From Camelus dromedarius (lineage: Eukaryota), in contig NC_087436.1 in the NCBI RefSeq assembly GCF_036321535.1, positions 52,640,001-52,704,000 on the forward strand: a stretch of DNA of 64,000 nucleotides. The letters are read 5' to 3'. Below the pieces are notes generated by a model. It did no database searches, was not told the DNA's origin, and saw nothing but the letters and a program-made list of their open reading frames with translations. A program made the position numbers and the translations under genes. Shown in pieces: positions 39,472-53,003 of the stretch (the first letter of the stretch is position 1; each line of letters begins with the position of its first letter).

Positions 39472-42400
39472 TAGGGTTTGCAAGTGACTTTCGCTTTGTC
39501 CTATAACATGTTCTTGAACTGCCAGGCTTTCATCTTTGAATTTTAGTTCCGAGTCATTTGCCCTTAACTACCTTGAACTGTGCATTCAAATACTCCAACT
39601 CCTAAGGTTATTATTCCTTTTCCCATTTGCACATACAGCTGTCTGTTCCCCAATGCTGTGATTTGGAATCCCCCTTGGCTACCTTAGCTTTGGCCTCAGG
39701 ATGTTCTAGTTAGCCAAACCCCTCATGCACAACATATCAGCATATCTGGTGTTCACTCAGCCACTGAGTGAAACCAGGCTTCTTTCAGATAATTATGAAT
39801 GATTTCATATCACCTGATTCTTCCGATCCTGTTTAAAATAAAAATATGATTAGGTGTCAGTGTCTCTATGTCTTAACCTCTGAATCATTTTCAAACTTGT
39901 AAAATTTTTCTGGGCTTAAATACATTTAAGCCCTGGCTCATGCATTTCCAAAGCAATGAAGACCTAGGGTGGGTTGAAGGTTAATATGCATCATATTACT
40001 CTAACCTTCCAACTTGAATCAAAGTAAACAAAAACCTGAAGCCTTTTTGCAATCCTGTAAAGCACTTACGGTGAGCCATCCAGAGGAATAATCAATGAAC
40101 CCAGTTGTAAGAATTATATGGAATTACTTGGTGCTTTAAGGACTAGGTAAGCTCAGAGTTCATAACTTGTTGAATGAATGAAGAATCAATGAAAACTAAA
40201 TTTTAACAAATAATTTACCTTACTGGATTAAGTACTTAAAATCCAGATTGTCTTTTTTATTATAATTTACCTAGAAAAAGAATCCCTGTAATTCCTGCAA
40301 AGGAGAATGACTGAGTTTTTTGAAGCAATGATGAATATCAAGAATGAGAGGAGCCTCTTTTGTTCCCCCCAAGATTCTAAAGGCAGATCTTAAAACAGGA
40401 AAAAATATTTTGTTCAATAAAGGGCAAAACTGCTTTTAAAGGTTCAAATCATTTAATTCTATTCCTATTCTCCGCTTTTGCCTACCACACATATACACAG
40501 TTTAGTCAATAGGTGTCGTTTGCCTTTTAATAGTCTGAATCTTAATAATGGACACAATGAAGAAATGACCACATGGTCTCGTCTATATTCAGTGAATTAG
40601 GAGTAAGTGTTCTACTAGTTTTGCAATTTTGCAGAACAACCAACTAGCTGTTTGATCGCATTTTTCATTAGCAAACAGTGAATCCGGAATTGAAAAAAAA
40701 ACAAAAAACCATCTTGAGGCCACAATCAATGGAGTAATTACCTAAGGCAAGATGGCTCTTCAGAGGTGAAAACAGTAATAAACCATGCTTAGAATCTGGA
40801 TTTAACTCCTTGATTTATTTTTAATTAGAATTTAATAATTTCATACAGATGAAAAAAGACCTAAGGAAAAATGTTCTAAATATTAAAATTACTTGTGAAA
40901 ATAAAGATGAAGAATTGAATAGGCAAGAAGAAAACTCCTTGCTTAGCGGGAAATTACACAGCATTTTCTCTATAAATCAAAGCTGGAAAACAAGGTATAT
41001 TACCTACAGCAATAAATGCTCCTACAGCCATATTTCCCCCAACAGAAAAGTCCGCTCAGTAAATACCAAATGTCCAGGGTTGGGTTTTTTTTTTTATGCT
41101 AGTATTTATCTTTCTACAAATAGCAAACTAATTACAAAGAATCCAGAGTTCACTGGCTCAGTGCAACTTCCTATCTGGAGGACCTCACATATTTCCTGGA
41201 CTAGACTTGAGAAGCTCTACTGCCAAGATAACAGGCTTGCAGCTTTCAAAAGCAAAGAATTCCATCCTCAGCATGATCCAAACTTCTAAGAAGAAATATT
41301 CACCTACTTCTTATCTCCCTTGCTTTATAAGTACAACTTCTGACCTCCCCTAAACTGAATTTTCACAAGTGAATGGTGAAATTGGGAAGATAGAAAGTCA
41401 AGGTGTGTACATTCAGTCAAAGGAGCTTCTAAACAAGCAGGACTTCAGAGTAAAGAGGAATGCCTCTATCTGGTGATTTCCTTCACATTCTAAATCTGAA
41501 CATCTGAGGATCACATGTGCAAATTTTTCCATTGACAATTTTCCACCCAAGTTCCTAATTTTTCTTTCAAGTCATACTAGTTCTGTGTCATCCATTAATT
41601 AGAATTAATATTAACAACAACCAAAATGCCTGAGGTCTTCCATAACCACTCAACTGGACTCTCTCCTTTTGGAGATAAATTACAAGTCCCAGGGCATATA
41701 GTGAGTTTGGGGTGACATATCCAGAGTCAGAGCTGGGGTTCACTAAGTAATTCTGATCACCCCTCCCAGCTCTTTCAAAAAGGATAATTTTTCCTTGCCA
41801 GTGTGCTGAAAGCATAAGGGCCACCTAAGGGATTAGCACTTTGTCTCCAGAATCCTTCTGGATCAGTTCAGCTGGTCGACTGCCTCAGCCTCGCTGACCT
41901 TTCCCTATCCCCTCCGTCCCCCATTTCCTAAGAATGCTCTCAAAGGGGCCTTTGCATGTCTTCCAGGATGTGACTGTTCACTTTTTCTGCCTCTGACCCC
42001 TCACACACACTGCGTTAGTGGGTCAGAGCCACCCCTGCACACCCATAAGGCCCCAGCAGGGCTCTGGTTCACAAGAGGGAGCCTGTCCAACACAGGAACC
42101 TTCTGCTGTGGCCCCCAGCTTGTCTTACTCCTCTTGGCTTCTGTTAAAACACTTGTAACTAAACAAAGCCAAATGTGAGGCTTGAGTTTTGCCACACAGT
42201 TTCAACAAAAATATTGGACACACTTGATAGTTTCATACCAGAAAATTCAAAGTATTTAGCCATTGTGCCCAATACTGAGCACCCTAGACTTTGCAGACAG
42301 TTTGCCTATAATACAGGAGTTCTCTTCTGACTTCTTGTATTTAAATTAAATGCCAGGGAGGTCATGATATAAGCCAGAAAAGACTTTTAGAAACCAGTGC

Positions 42401-43274
42401 CATGCATCAATAACACCATTGCTGAAGTGAGTGGGAGAAATTACACAAAATCCAATAATAAAAATAACTCAGATGGGCTGTCATGCCTTTAAAGAGGAAT
42501 GCCTCAGGGGAAGAATAACATACACATATTCACAAACAATCCAGGCTTAATTAAAGGTCATTCTTTGTCAGCCTTGTGCTCTCAAATTTTCCCTTCAAAT
42601 ATAGCAGAATTGTTATAACCCCAAGTGTCTTTTCTCATTTTCATGGAATTTCTCTCAGCTAGTCTGTCAGTAAGCAGACTGGGTTTTCAATCTGTTTGCC
42701 CTCCTCCAGCCCGACCAAATGAAGTCTAAGAAAAACCAGCATGTTTGTACCACTCCCACCCCTGCCATTTTCCTCCTTTGTGCAATGAACCTCACATTGG
42801 TTCTTGTTTTGATGAGTGTCCCTCTATATCCTACATGTCAAACTTTAAAACAATTAAGTTATTCTGTCCTTCAGGCATCCTAAGTTATCCACACTCAGTG
42901 TCTCAGTGATTCCCAAGCACATCTTCTCTCTCATCTCAACCCTTCCCCAAACTAATAATTCAAGGTCACTACAAAATATGCACAAATGGCTTTACCATGT
43001 GTGACAGTCACTCTGAATGGCCCTGGAAAGAACTGCCATGTTGATCTACAGATACAGAACACAAAATCATAACGTGTAAGTTAAATAGCATTTATTTGGT
43101 GACTAGGATAAATATTACTAATAACAATGATTTTAAAACAACTGAAATGGCTCTAAAATTTTTTCTCTAAAAAGCCTGCTATAAATTACAATATACTTTT
43201 TGTTTTAGTCAACTAAAACAGCATCCATTATAGAGAATTCCCCAAATAAAATATTAAAATTTGATGAAACAATG

Positions 43275-43510
43275 TGGTCAATAAACAGCTACCATTTATT
43301 TAGCTCCTGCTACATATAAGAACCAAGCAATGTAAATGCCACTTTTTTCTCTTACTTTCACCCTACAGAATGGGTGTTAGTGGCTGCATTTTATAAGATT
43401 CAGGAATAATGAGCTTGCCAAAAGCCACAGAGCTAGTAACAGACAGGACGGAGATGTGAACCTGGTTCTCTCAGGCGCTAAAGCTCAGGCTTTTCCAGCT
43501 AAGCTCACTA
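43275..43510 (-). mobile_element. MIR SINE (decayed)
   Basis: aacagctaccatttatt...cttgccaaaagccacagagctagtaa...tgaacctggttctctc. Confidence 0.75.
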
Positions 43511-45212
43511 CTCCCCGGCCTCTTCTAACATAAGAAGAGGAGGGCATTACAATGTCTGTCTCTTCCTTATAAACAGCGTGAAATCCTCTATCAAAGTCTT
43601 GAAACCCTAAAATTTCACAAATGCAAATATGACTTAAACTATGTATTCATACTGCTTGAATAATTTGATGTGTGAAGATTTAGCGTGCATTTCTGCCAAA
43701 CCCCAAAATATGTGTTGCATGGCTTAAAAAAAAAAAACTATCATGCTTCAACTACAGTAGCTATAAATGATCGATACAGAGCTCAAGCCACTCAGGTTGG
43801 TGGATGAAATTAATGTGTCTCAGTTAAAGCCCAAGATGTTTCAACTCTATAGAGTCCATTTTCTTGACTGTATGTCGACATTTTTGGCTAAGAAAGATGT
43901 ATATGTTTATTAAACCCTGGAGAAAAGCAATACTTGTCCTGGACAATGTGTACAGGAGCATATGGGGGGATGGGTTGGATGGATGGAAGGAAGAGTCAGG
44001 CAATCAAAGTATAAAGGAAGCGCTGTGGAGTTGCCACTTTATGTATAACACAGTTTCTGCGAGGTAGACAGAAGAAAGTCCTGTCTGATAGAAAAGTATC
44101 CAGCCTAACAGACCATGAAGAGGAGCTGAATTGTTTCTCTGGGGAACTCCATGCTTTTTTGTTAACTTATCTTGCACTCTCAGTGATTAGACTACTGAAT
44201 TTAAAAAACTTATTTTGTCTTCAGCCTCCAGGAGATCACTATGAGCAGACTTTTTCTCTCCTTGAATTCTGACTTTGTATTTAGAAAGACTAGTAAAATT
44301 GCCCCGCCCAGGGAAACAAAAACATGTTTATGGAATAGCTTCCTCTGGTTCTTAAAAAATAAAAGGTGATTTGATAGAAAAGGGACACTGAAAGTCTTTA
44401 GTAAGAATTAGAATTTCTCTCGTGAAATTACTTACCATTTTCTTAATTGGCTGTATTTACCCTGGTATGTCAAGTCCTGTGTTTGAATGGTTTCCTGTGA
44501 CTCTTCAGAGGGAACGATCTAATAACAAGATCCTATGTGTGTCACTTGATATTTGGTGAGAGAATTGTTCTTGCTCTAATTATATTATAAAGGGGACAGC
44601 TTCATTAACCAAAGTGGCAGAAATAACAAAAGCATCTAATACGTATTCCACCTGGACGTTTCCCAAAGCTGAATGACTCTTTCCTATTCAAAAATGCCTC
44701 TCTAGTGCATTTATTAAAATGAGCTTTCAACAAAACCATTGACTAGAGAGAGAAGATAGCCTCAGCTGTGTTAAAACTTGATTTCCTCTGAGTACCAAAT
44801 AGCTTCATAAATATTTCAGTACAGAGAGCAGGGGAAAGCATTTGAAATTAGAAAGTATGGCGATGTCTACAGATTCAGGAATGGCCGCAAACGATTCATG
44901 TCAACTCAGACACAGAGGGAGCCTACTGTATACCAGGCTACTGCCAATGTCAGCGATGCAGAAACAAGTAACAGTAGTTTAAACCTTCAGAGAGTCCGTG
45001 GGGCTCACGGGTGAAAGAAACACACGAATACAATTTTAAAGATATGGAGGTAAGTGCTCTGGTAGAAGCATGGAAAGTTTATTTAGACATGACAGCAGCT
45101 TCCACATCCTCTTTTGAGCCTCAGCCATCTGTCCCTGTGCTAAGTGCTGTCATCCATGTTATCTCATTCAGTCCTCACACCTAATGATGTGTTCGGCTGT
45201 TAGAAAGTGCTG

Positions 45213-45560
45213 TGAATTTATTCATTCAACGAGGATTTATTGAGTACTTCCTATGGGCTGAGCACTACTCTATGCACTGGATAAACATCGGACAAGACAA
45301 AAATCCCTACTTTCATGAAATTTTCATTGTGTTGGGAAGAAAGAGGAAAATAGAAGAATCACTAAATTTATGTAACATTTTAAAAGGTGGTGAGTTCTAT
45401 GGAGAAAATTAAAATAAAATATTAAAAAAGGAGGGTGATAAGTGCAATTATAAATGGAGTGGAGAGCAGGAGGCGTCCCTGGGAAAAGACATTTGAGCAA
45501 AAAAACCCTGAAGGAGGTGAGGCAACTAGTCACTCTGAGAGGTAGAAAGTTAGCCACACG
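45213..45560 (-). mobile_element. L2 3' end
   Basis: ttattcattcaacgaggatttattgagtacttcctatggg...gacatttgagcaaa...ctgaaggaggtgagg. Confidence 0.8.
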
Positions 45561-45699
45561 GAAGAAGGAAGGGAGATGGTCACATACCTAGTTTATGTGA
45601 ATTTTTTCCAGTGGAAGTACATTATTGTGTCACCGGGGGGAAAAATGTTTTTTTCTTTATGGGAAAAAATTGAATTGGCATAAGTTCACACTTGAATTT

Positions 45700-46150
45700 A
45701 GTGACTCAACAGAGAGCTAAATCCCTCTCTACCCGCTTTTCTTAAGTAACAGACACCTCGACTTCAGTGCTCATTAACAGCTACTTTAGCAACGACCACT
45801 TTCCCCAGATTCTCTTCCAACTAGCCATGGCTATATGGGTAGGTTGACCCTATGGATTCCGATGATTCTAAAGAAGTGGCCTGAAAGGAGAGAACACCAT
45901 AGGCTTCTTCGCCTTCCCGCTGCTGGCCTGGACTCAGACATAACTTCTGGTGCTCAACATTTTCTTGGCACATAAGGGCAAGAGTCTTGTCAGAGAGATG
46001 TCACAATTTCATAAACCATCACCCTACCGGCCCTTGACTTCCACCTTCAGATTTCTTTCATAGCAAGAATAAAGTCTCGTGTGTTTAAACCAGTCTTATT
46101 TTTGTGTTTTTTCGATATGTGGAGCTGAACCCAGTCCTAGCTAATCTAGG
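45700..46150. mobile_element. Old MLT1-type LTR (decayed)
   Basis: ctgctggcctggactcagacataa...gaataaagtctcgtgtgtttaaaccagt...gctgaacccagtcctagctaat. Confidence 0.5.
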
Positions 46151-46329
46151 ACACAGCGCAGCGTTCAGCCCATTGTTCTTGGTTTGCCTTCGGGGCTCCT
46201 TCCATTCTGCCACAAGTGCCCTTTGAACAAGGGAAGGAGATCGTGGGGGAGCAAACCCTTGAGCCTTATCTTGTGGCCTGAATCAGAACTTGAGACAGCC
46301 ATGCACTGTCACGTGCTAGAAGAAATCTT

Positions 46330-46640
46330 CAAAAGGATATGGATCAGCTAGAAGTAATCAGAACTAACAGGGTTTATTAACAAGCTAAATGAATATTTCA
46401 AAAAGACAAAGCTTTCCTTTGTAGCAAGAACACCCAATTAGAAAAAACGAATCTCAGTAATAATAGCAACAAAATGTATAAAATAGCTACATAAAAATAA
46501 GAGGACGTGTGCAAATTTATGAGAAGAAAACTATAAAGCTTTAACAAATATAAAAAATGACCTAAACAGATGTTCTAAATAATGCCCCTTACTTGAAAAG
46601 TAATTATGATAGAAAAGACTTGAATATTATGAAAAATATG
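46330..46640 (+). mobile_element. Very old L1 ORF2 fragment
   Basis: aatagcaacaaaatgtataaaatagcta...gtgcaaatttatgagaagaaaactataaa...aatgacctaaacagatg. Confidence 0.6.
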
Positions 46641-46794
46641 AATAATAAAAAGGCCCTTCCCTACAGTAACGAAAGACACTTAAAGGTTACAATCCTTTCT
46701 TTTTTTCTATTATAGTAATTTTGCTAATATTTGTTGATTTCTAGGTACTCAGTACTTGTAGTTCAAAGCACTTTTTGGATACTTAATATTTAAT

Positions 46795-47740
46795 CCTCCC
46801 AGGATTTTACTGAGGTATAACTGACAAAAATGTAATATGTTTAAGGTAACGTACTACATGACTTATATAAACATATATACACACACATATACATATACAC
46901 TGTGAAAGGATCCCCTCCATTGATTAACTAACAATCCATCACCTCTTATATTTACTTTTTAAATAATTTGTACTCTCTTAGAACATTTTAACTATGCAAT
47001 ACAGTATTATTCACTACAATCATAGTCAAGTTATACATTAGATCCTCAGACCTTATTAATCTTACAACTAACTTTTGGTGCCCTTTTACCAACCTCTCCC
47101 CATTCCCCCTACCCTCCAGTTCCTGGCAACCACCATTCTAGTCTCTGTTTTTAGAAGTTCAACTTTTTTTTACCCAAGGGTCCACATACAAGTGACACCA
47201 TGCAGTATTTTTCTGTCTGGCTTATTTCACTTAGCATAATACCCTCCAGTTACATCCATGTTGTTGCAAATGACAGGAGACAGGATTTTCTTCTCTTTTA
47301 AGGCTGAATAATACTTTATTACGTGTGTGTGTATCCCATTTTCTTTATTCATTCATCCCTCAACCAACACTTAAGTTGTTTCCATACCTTGGCTATTGTG
47401 AATAATGCTGAAATGAATATGGGAGTTCAGGTATCTTTCAAGCTATTGATTTTATTTCCTTTGGATAAATACCTAGAAGTATGATCGTTGGATCACACGG
47501 TAGTTCTATTCTTAATTTTTTGAGGAATCTCCATACTATTTTCCATAGTGGCTATACTAATTTACAGTCCTTCCCCTACTCATCTCAATGCTGTACTTCT
47601 ACCATTTGTTGTGGAGGCTGTGTTCCTCCAGTTTTCAGGTCCCTTTCCAAGGGAATTATCCCATATATAATTGTAGATTTATTGTGTCTATTGGAAGAGG
47701 TGAGTTCAGGATCTTCCTATACCATCATCTTGAAACTTTT
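46795..47740 (-). mobile_element. Older L1 with first ~170 bp of 5'UTR fused to ORF2 end and 3'UTR
   Basis: 46795-47568 is L1 3' end/ORF2 C-terminus; 47569-47740 aligns with the 5' terminus of the L1 at ~54270-54351 (gaagaggtgagttcaggatcttcctataccatcatcttg vs gagagggtgagctacaagcatccttctactccgccatcttg). Confidence 0.8.
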
Positions 47741-48758
47741 CTTTTCCTTTCACTTTTTAATTGCTTATGTTGGTGTCATGTAAACTTAGTTTCAAACCAG
47801 CCTAGCCCTCACACTCACTTATAGGCATATAGCATTTATCATTTATTGACTTGTCCTCCAGCCACAAAGGATCCCATGTAACTGGCATTTCTTTGACAGT
47901 ACATAAAGATTTGGTCTGACTAAAGCAATGGCAGTACAGAGCCTTCTACCAGGCGGTCTCAAATTCAGATTCTTAGTCATATATGCATATTAAACCATTC
48001 CCTAAGACCCATTTTCCCTTAATGTATAATAGGGATTTATTCAATCTTGATTTTGTATTTCTATATTATTATTTCATTATTCACACTTTTGTTTTTATGC
48101 AACTTCAAATCCTTGTGGAATTACTGATGAATAAATATATAATGAGAGAGGCGTAGAGATAGAAGTGATAAGTTGGATGTGGAGGACAACAAAGAAAATG
48201 AATGTTGAAGTCAAACTTTCTTGATTTCTTCTGAAACACTAACCTAAGGAATTAAGTATTAAATGATAAAGACTATTTTGTTACCAACTTATGACCTCTC
48301 CCCAAAAGTGTGATCATCTGAAGCAGGAACACACTTACAATTTAGGGCTTACAAATAACCCTTTTCTGGAGACAAAAGATGGAAAACTATCTATGCCTCA
48401 TGTACAAACCATGTTAAATTAATACTTCTGATTTTAAATATTGCTTATAAAATTTTTTTGCAAAGTAAATATATACATTTTCTTGTTTCTGATGCTAAGA
48501 CCCTTGGCTATTATAGGCATCAAAAACAAGAAAGTGGATACATGTGTATACACACACATATTTATAGTCAATTATACTGCAGAATATATACATCAATAAG
48601 TAAAAAGCCAAAGAATCCCCTCTTTTTCATTCATTCTGACAATATGTAACCAAACTTTGGTAGTGACTGAAATCATTTGATCCATGGTTGTGTATTATCC
48701 AGGTTTCATTTGAGTCTACCTCAGAATCTTTTTTCTTAGCCTACCTAACACTTTGGGC

Positions 48759-48784
48759 AAAAAAAAAAAAAAAAAAAAAAAAAA
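48759..48784 (+). repeat. Poly(A)26 tract
   Basis: Direct reading; no attached retroelement body or TSD seen. Confidence 0.95.
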
Positions 48785-50964
48785 GACTTGTCCTACCATT
48801 CCTCATGCAAGTGATAAGTGTCAGCTTCTGTTATGCACTGCTTGAAGTTTTGCTTAAGGAAGAAAGCCCTTGTAGCTCTCTTTTTATGTAGTCCATCCTG
48901 GGGATAATCCTCCAGGAAGTGCCTGGATAGCTTCATTGGGTTATGGGAAACTAAAATCCTATGTTGCTTTAACTGAGTATGTCTAAACCTTATTGTTGGA
49001 AGTGAGCCTCACTTGACATTTGATATTAATCATAGACACTGGAGAAACAGCTCAGGGAGCTGGAATTTTCATCTGTGGCCAATCAAATCTCACTGGACAA
49101 AACTCACTGCTCAGTGTTGCTTTAACTTGTTGTTCTGAGATGTCACACCTGTCAGCCAGCTTGCACATCTTTCCAAGGACTTGCTAGGTTTAGTTTTCTC
49201 CCTGTCTATAAATGCAACATATGTTCGCAACATTCATTGACAGATTTCAGCAGTACTTTCCCCCTAGTCAAGCTGTTGGTTCAATTGTTAAATACAGAAA
49301 TTTCCTTTAAGTCTTCAAAGAATTCAGAACCACAATCAGAACTAGGGGAAAATAGCGAAGCAGACTGACAGCGTATCCATCAAGACTGTCCAGCAGTCGT
49401 TTAGCTGTTTACAAAACTGCCTGCCCTCCGGTCGTCTCTCCAGCAAGTGGACCTGGGCTTTATGGATACAGACAATTGGGAGACACCAACATAGATGAAG
49501 TGCTGGTTGAATGAAAGTTCAATTGTTCAATTAACTGGCGCTAGCAATTTTTTTTTATTTATACATAGGCTCTTCAGTGACCCCCACATTACATCTGGGC
49601 TCTTTCCAAGAGACCAGAAAGACTAGTTGGTGAGCAGAGGCAGCCTAAAACTAAGGACCAGATGAATTTGAGGTGCTCCCCAAGAGGCCTTCTTCAAATT
49701 ATTAAAGCCACATAGGGAAATGTGAGCCATGTGGATAAAACTGTGCTTAAGTGTGGATATAAAGTAGAAAAGTCTGAGAGTCTGTTATTGAAGAAAACTG
49801 TTCAAGTGGAGTGAGGGAAATTTGGGGTTTGGTAAAACTAGGCTTTCAAGTGTTTAAAGCGAAGAATATTGGACATATTATTCTTCAGTGTTTCCTAAGA
49901 CATCTTCTTGAAACAGTTTCCTCAATCTAGATGTATACAGTGTTCAAAACAATTATAGTCATGTAAAAAAAAAAAGGAGAAAAATTATCCAGGGACTCCA
50001 GCAGGAATATTGTCCCAAAAGGATAATATTATTTCACATAAAAAATTATAAGCTCTTTGCTAGAGGATTTCTCTATTTATGAGAACATGAGACTTTGGTG
50101 AAGCTGAGTTAATCTCCAATGTATCCAGAACAGTCCTGGCCATGACCGTTACCAAATGGGAGTGAGATTCAAACCCTCTGTCCATTAGGATTTGCTTCAG
50201 GCTTCCCTCTGAAGCTGTATCAATTCACACTTAAAAAAAAAAAGACACTAATCATGTTCAAGACCTTTTGAGGTCTCAATTGTGTTTAAATCAAGAGCAG
50301 GGGAAAATTTAACACTTTTTCTCCATCTCGAGCAAGCCAGAAATGCTTCATTAGTAATATCACTTCATGTCCTGCATGTGGCAGATTTATTCACACAGTA
50401 AAAAGATGAGGATTTGTTTTCTTTTTTATATAAAAAAGATAAAGTAAAAAAGATAAGATTAATGAAAATCAGTTGTTTATATAAGCAATATTTTTATGTA
50501 ATTTACCTCTTAGGTTAAACGAAGGGATGAAAACCTTGACTCAACATCATTTTAAAATAAAATTATTATTGATCCATATAGTTGACAAAAAATTGAACAT
50601 GAATTATATTATGCTGAGTCCTTCGAGGAGTATAGTAACTTCGTAAATCTTTGTTGGCAGCCTTGCCTTGTGTTCTTTGTAAAATATTTTGTGCACTCAT
50701 CTACTATTAACACCTGCCTGAAATAGAAGGAGTGAAGTTGATCTCTTGGTGAATGACAGCATTGGCCCAAATTCCCTAGGATCCTGTATCTGGCCAGTCC
50801 CTGAGGCCACATGCCCTCAGCCTGATCATACCTGGCAGGCTAACAAAGCATATTTCCTTTGCATAGGGCATAGCTACAGCATGGCCCACTCCTGTTTCAC
50901 CCTTACCTCTGAAATTCATCCATCACTGGAGTATGAGAGCAGCATGACTAATGGTGAGCAGGAG

Positions 50965-51330
50965 GCCACATGGTAAGATGGAAAAAGAACTGAATTTGGA
51001 ATCAGAAGGCGAGTGCTCTTGTTTCAGTTCTAGCCCTTCTTAGCTATATGACTTAGGGCAAACCTCTTCAAATCTCTGTCCTCAGTTACTCTTTTGTAAA
51101 TATGGGCAAATTGTAAATATGGGCAATATGTATAGTAAATTATATACAAGGTTGTTTTTATTTTTAAATCAAGTAATACATGAAAGCATTTTGTAAGTAA
51201 TATACCCATAAAAAAGTACATGTTATTTTTTTACTTTACTATACAAGGTTGTTTTTATTTTTAAATCAAGTAATACATGAAAGCATTTTGTAAGTAATAT
51301 ACCCATAAAAAAGTACATGTTATTAGTAGT
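50965..51330 (+). mobile_element. MIR SINE carrying two internal tandem duplications
   Basis: gaactgaatttggaatcagaa...tagctatatgacttagggcaaacctc...ctcagttactcttttgtaaa; duplications at 51094-51126 and 51143-51324. Confidence 0.8.
51143..51324. repeat. Perfect 85-bp direct duplication with 12-bp spacer
   Basis: 51143-51227 identical to 51240-51324; spacer tttttactttac. Confidence 0.97.
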
Positions 51331-52112
51331 CAAAATTTAATATTTTCTTTTTTAACTTTTTTTATTGAGTAATAGTTATTTTGCAATATTGTGTCAAATT
51401 CTAGTGTAGAGCACAATTTTTCAGTCATACATGAACATATATATTCATTGTCACATTTACTTTCTTCACTGTGAGCTACCACAAGATCTTGTATATTTTC
51501 CCCTGTGCTATACAGTATAATCTTGTTTATCTATTCTGCATTTTAAAATCCCAGTCTGTCCCTTCCCACCCCCCACCCCCTTGGCAACCACAAGTTTGTA
51601 TTCTATGTCTATGAGTCTGTTTCTGTTTTGTATTTATATTTTTTTTCTCTTTCTGGCTTACTTCACTTAGAATGACATTCTCCAGGAACATCCATGTTGC
51701 TGCAAATGGCGTTATGTTGTCGGGTTTTGTGGCTGAATAGTATTCCATCGTATAAATATACCACTTCTTTATTCAGTCATCTGTTGATGGACATTTAGGC
51801 TGCTTCCATGTCTTGGCTATTGTAAATAGTGCTGCTATGAACATTGGGGTGTGGGTGTCATTTTGAAGTAGGGTTCCTTCTGATATATGCCCAGGAGCAG
51901 GATTCCTGGGTCATAGGGTAAGTCTATTCCTAGTCTTCTGAGGAATCTCCATACTGTTTTCCACAGTGGTTTTCCTTGCTTCCCTCTCCCACTCTTAATG
52001 AGTTAGATGTCTTCTTTTACAATTATGTGTTTATTCTTTTTGTAATTCATGGCAGTTATCTCCTTTCCAGTTATGAGTTTCTCATTTTTGTAGCATCCTG
52101 CTTCTTTCCTAT

Positions 52113-53003
52113 TTAAAGTAGACCTGTCAATACTTCTTTTAGCATGGGTTTAGTGTTGCTAAACTCTTTTAGTTTTTGCTTGTCTGTGAAGTCCTTTATC
52201 TCTCCTTCTATTCAAAAGATAGCCTTGCTGGAATAAAGTATCCTAGGCTACATCTTTTTTTCATGCAGGACTTTGAATATATCTTGCCACTACCTTCTGG
52301 CCTGTAGGGTTTGTGTAGAGAAATCAGCTGAGAGCCTTTTGGGGGTTCCCTTGTAACTCACTCTTTGTTTTTCTCTTGCTGCCTTTAGGATCATTTCTTT
52401 ATCCTTGACTCTGGCCATCTTGATTATGATATGTCTTGGTGTGGGTCTGTTTGGGTTCTTCCTGTTTGGGACCCTCTGAGCCTCCTGTACTTGGATATCT
52501 GATTCTTTTAGGTTTGGGAAGTTTTCAGTCATGATTTCTTCAAATACCTTTTCAATCCCCTTTGTTCTTTCTTCCCCTTCTGGAACCCCTATTATGTGTA
52601 GATTGACATGCTTTATATTATCCCATAGGTCCCTTATATTGTTTTCATTGTTTTTTATTTGTTTTTCTCTCAGCTGTTCTGATTGGGTGTTTTCTGTTGT
52701 CCTGTTTTCTAGGTCACTTATTCATTCCTCTGCATTATCTAGCCTGCTTTGTACAGCCTTTAGGTCAGCTCTCATCTCAGCAAATGAGTTTACTAATTCT
52801 ACTTGGTTCTTCTTTATAGCTTCTATTTCATTTTTGACACATTTTATATCTCTAAACACTATTTCTTTTAGTTCCTTCACTACTTTGATCACTCTGTTTT
52901 TGAAATCTTGATCTAGTAGGCCATCAATGTCTATTTCCTTGATTGTGCTTTCAGAGGATTTCTCTTGATCTTTTAATTGGGAGTGGTTCCTCTGCTTCTT
53001 CAT
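52113..53003 (-). pseudogene. L1 ORF1p (coiled-coil/RRM/CTD RNA-binding protein), disrupted by premature stops
   Basis: In-frame ORFs MKKQRNHSQLKDQE...RLDNAEE* (53003-52722) and MTENFPNL...RHIIIKM...RLSADFS* (52532-52290); natural TAA at 52113-52115 after KEVLTGLL. Confidence 0.93.

Noticed and set aside
48759..48784. Poly(A)26 as a retrocopy tail
   Set aside because: No upstream poly(A) signal, element body or convincing TSD; treated as a simple homopolymer.
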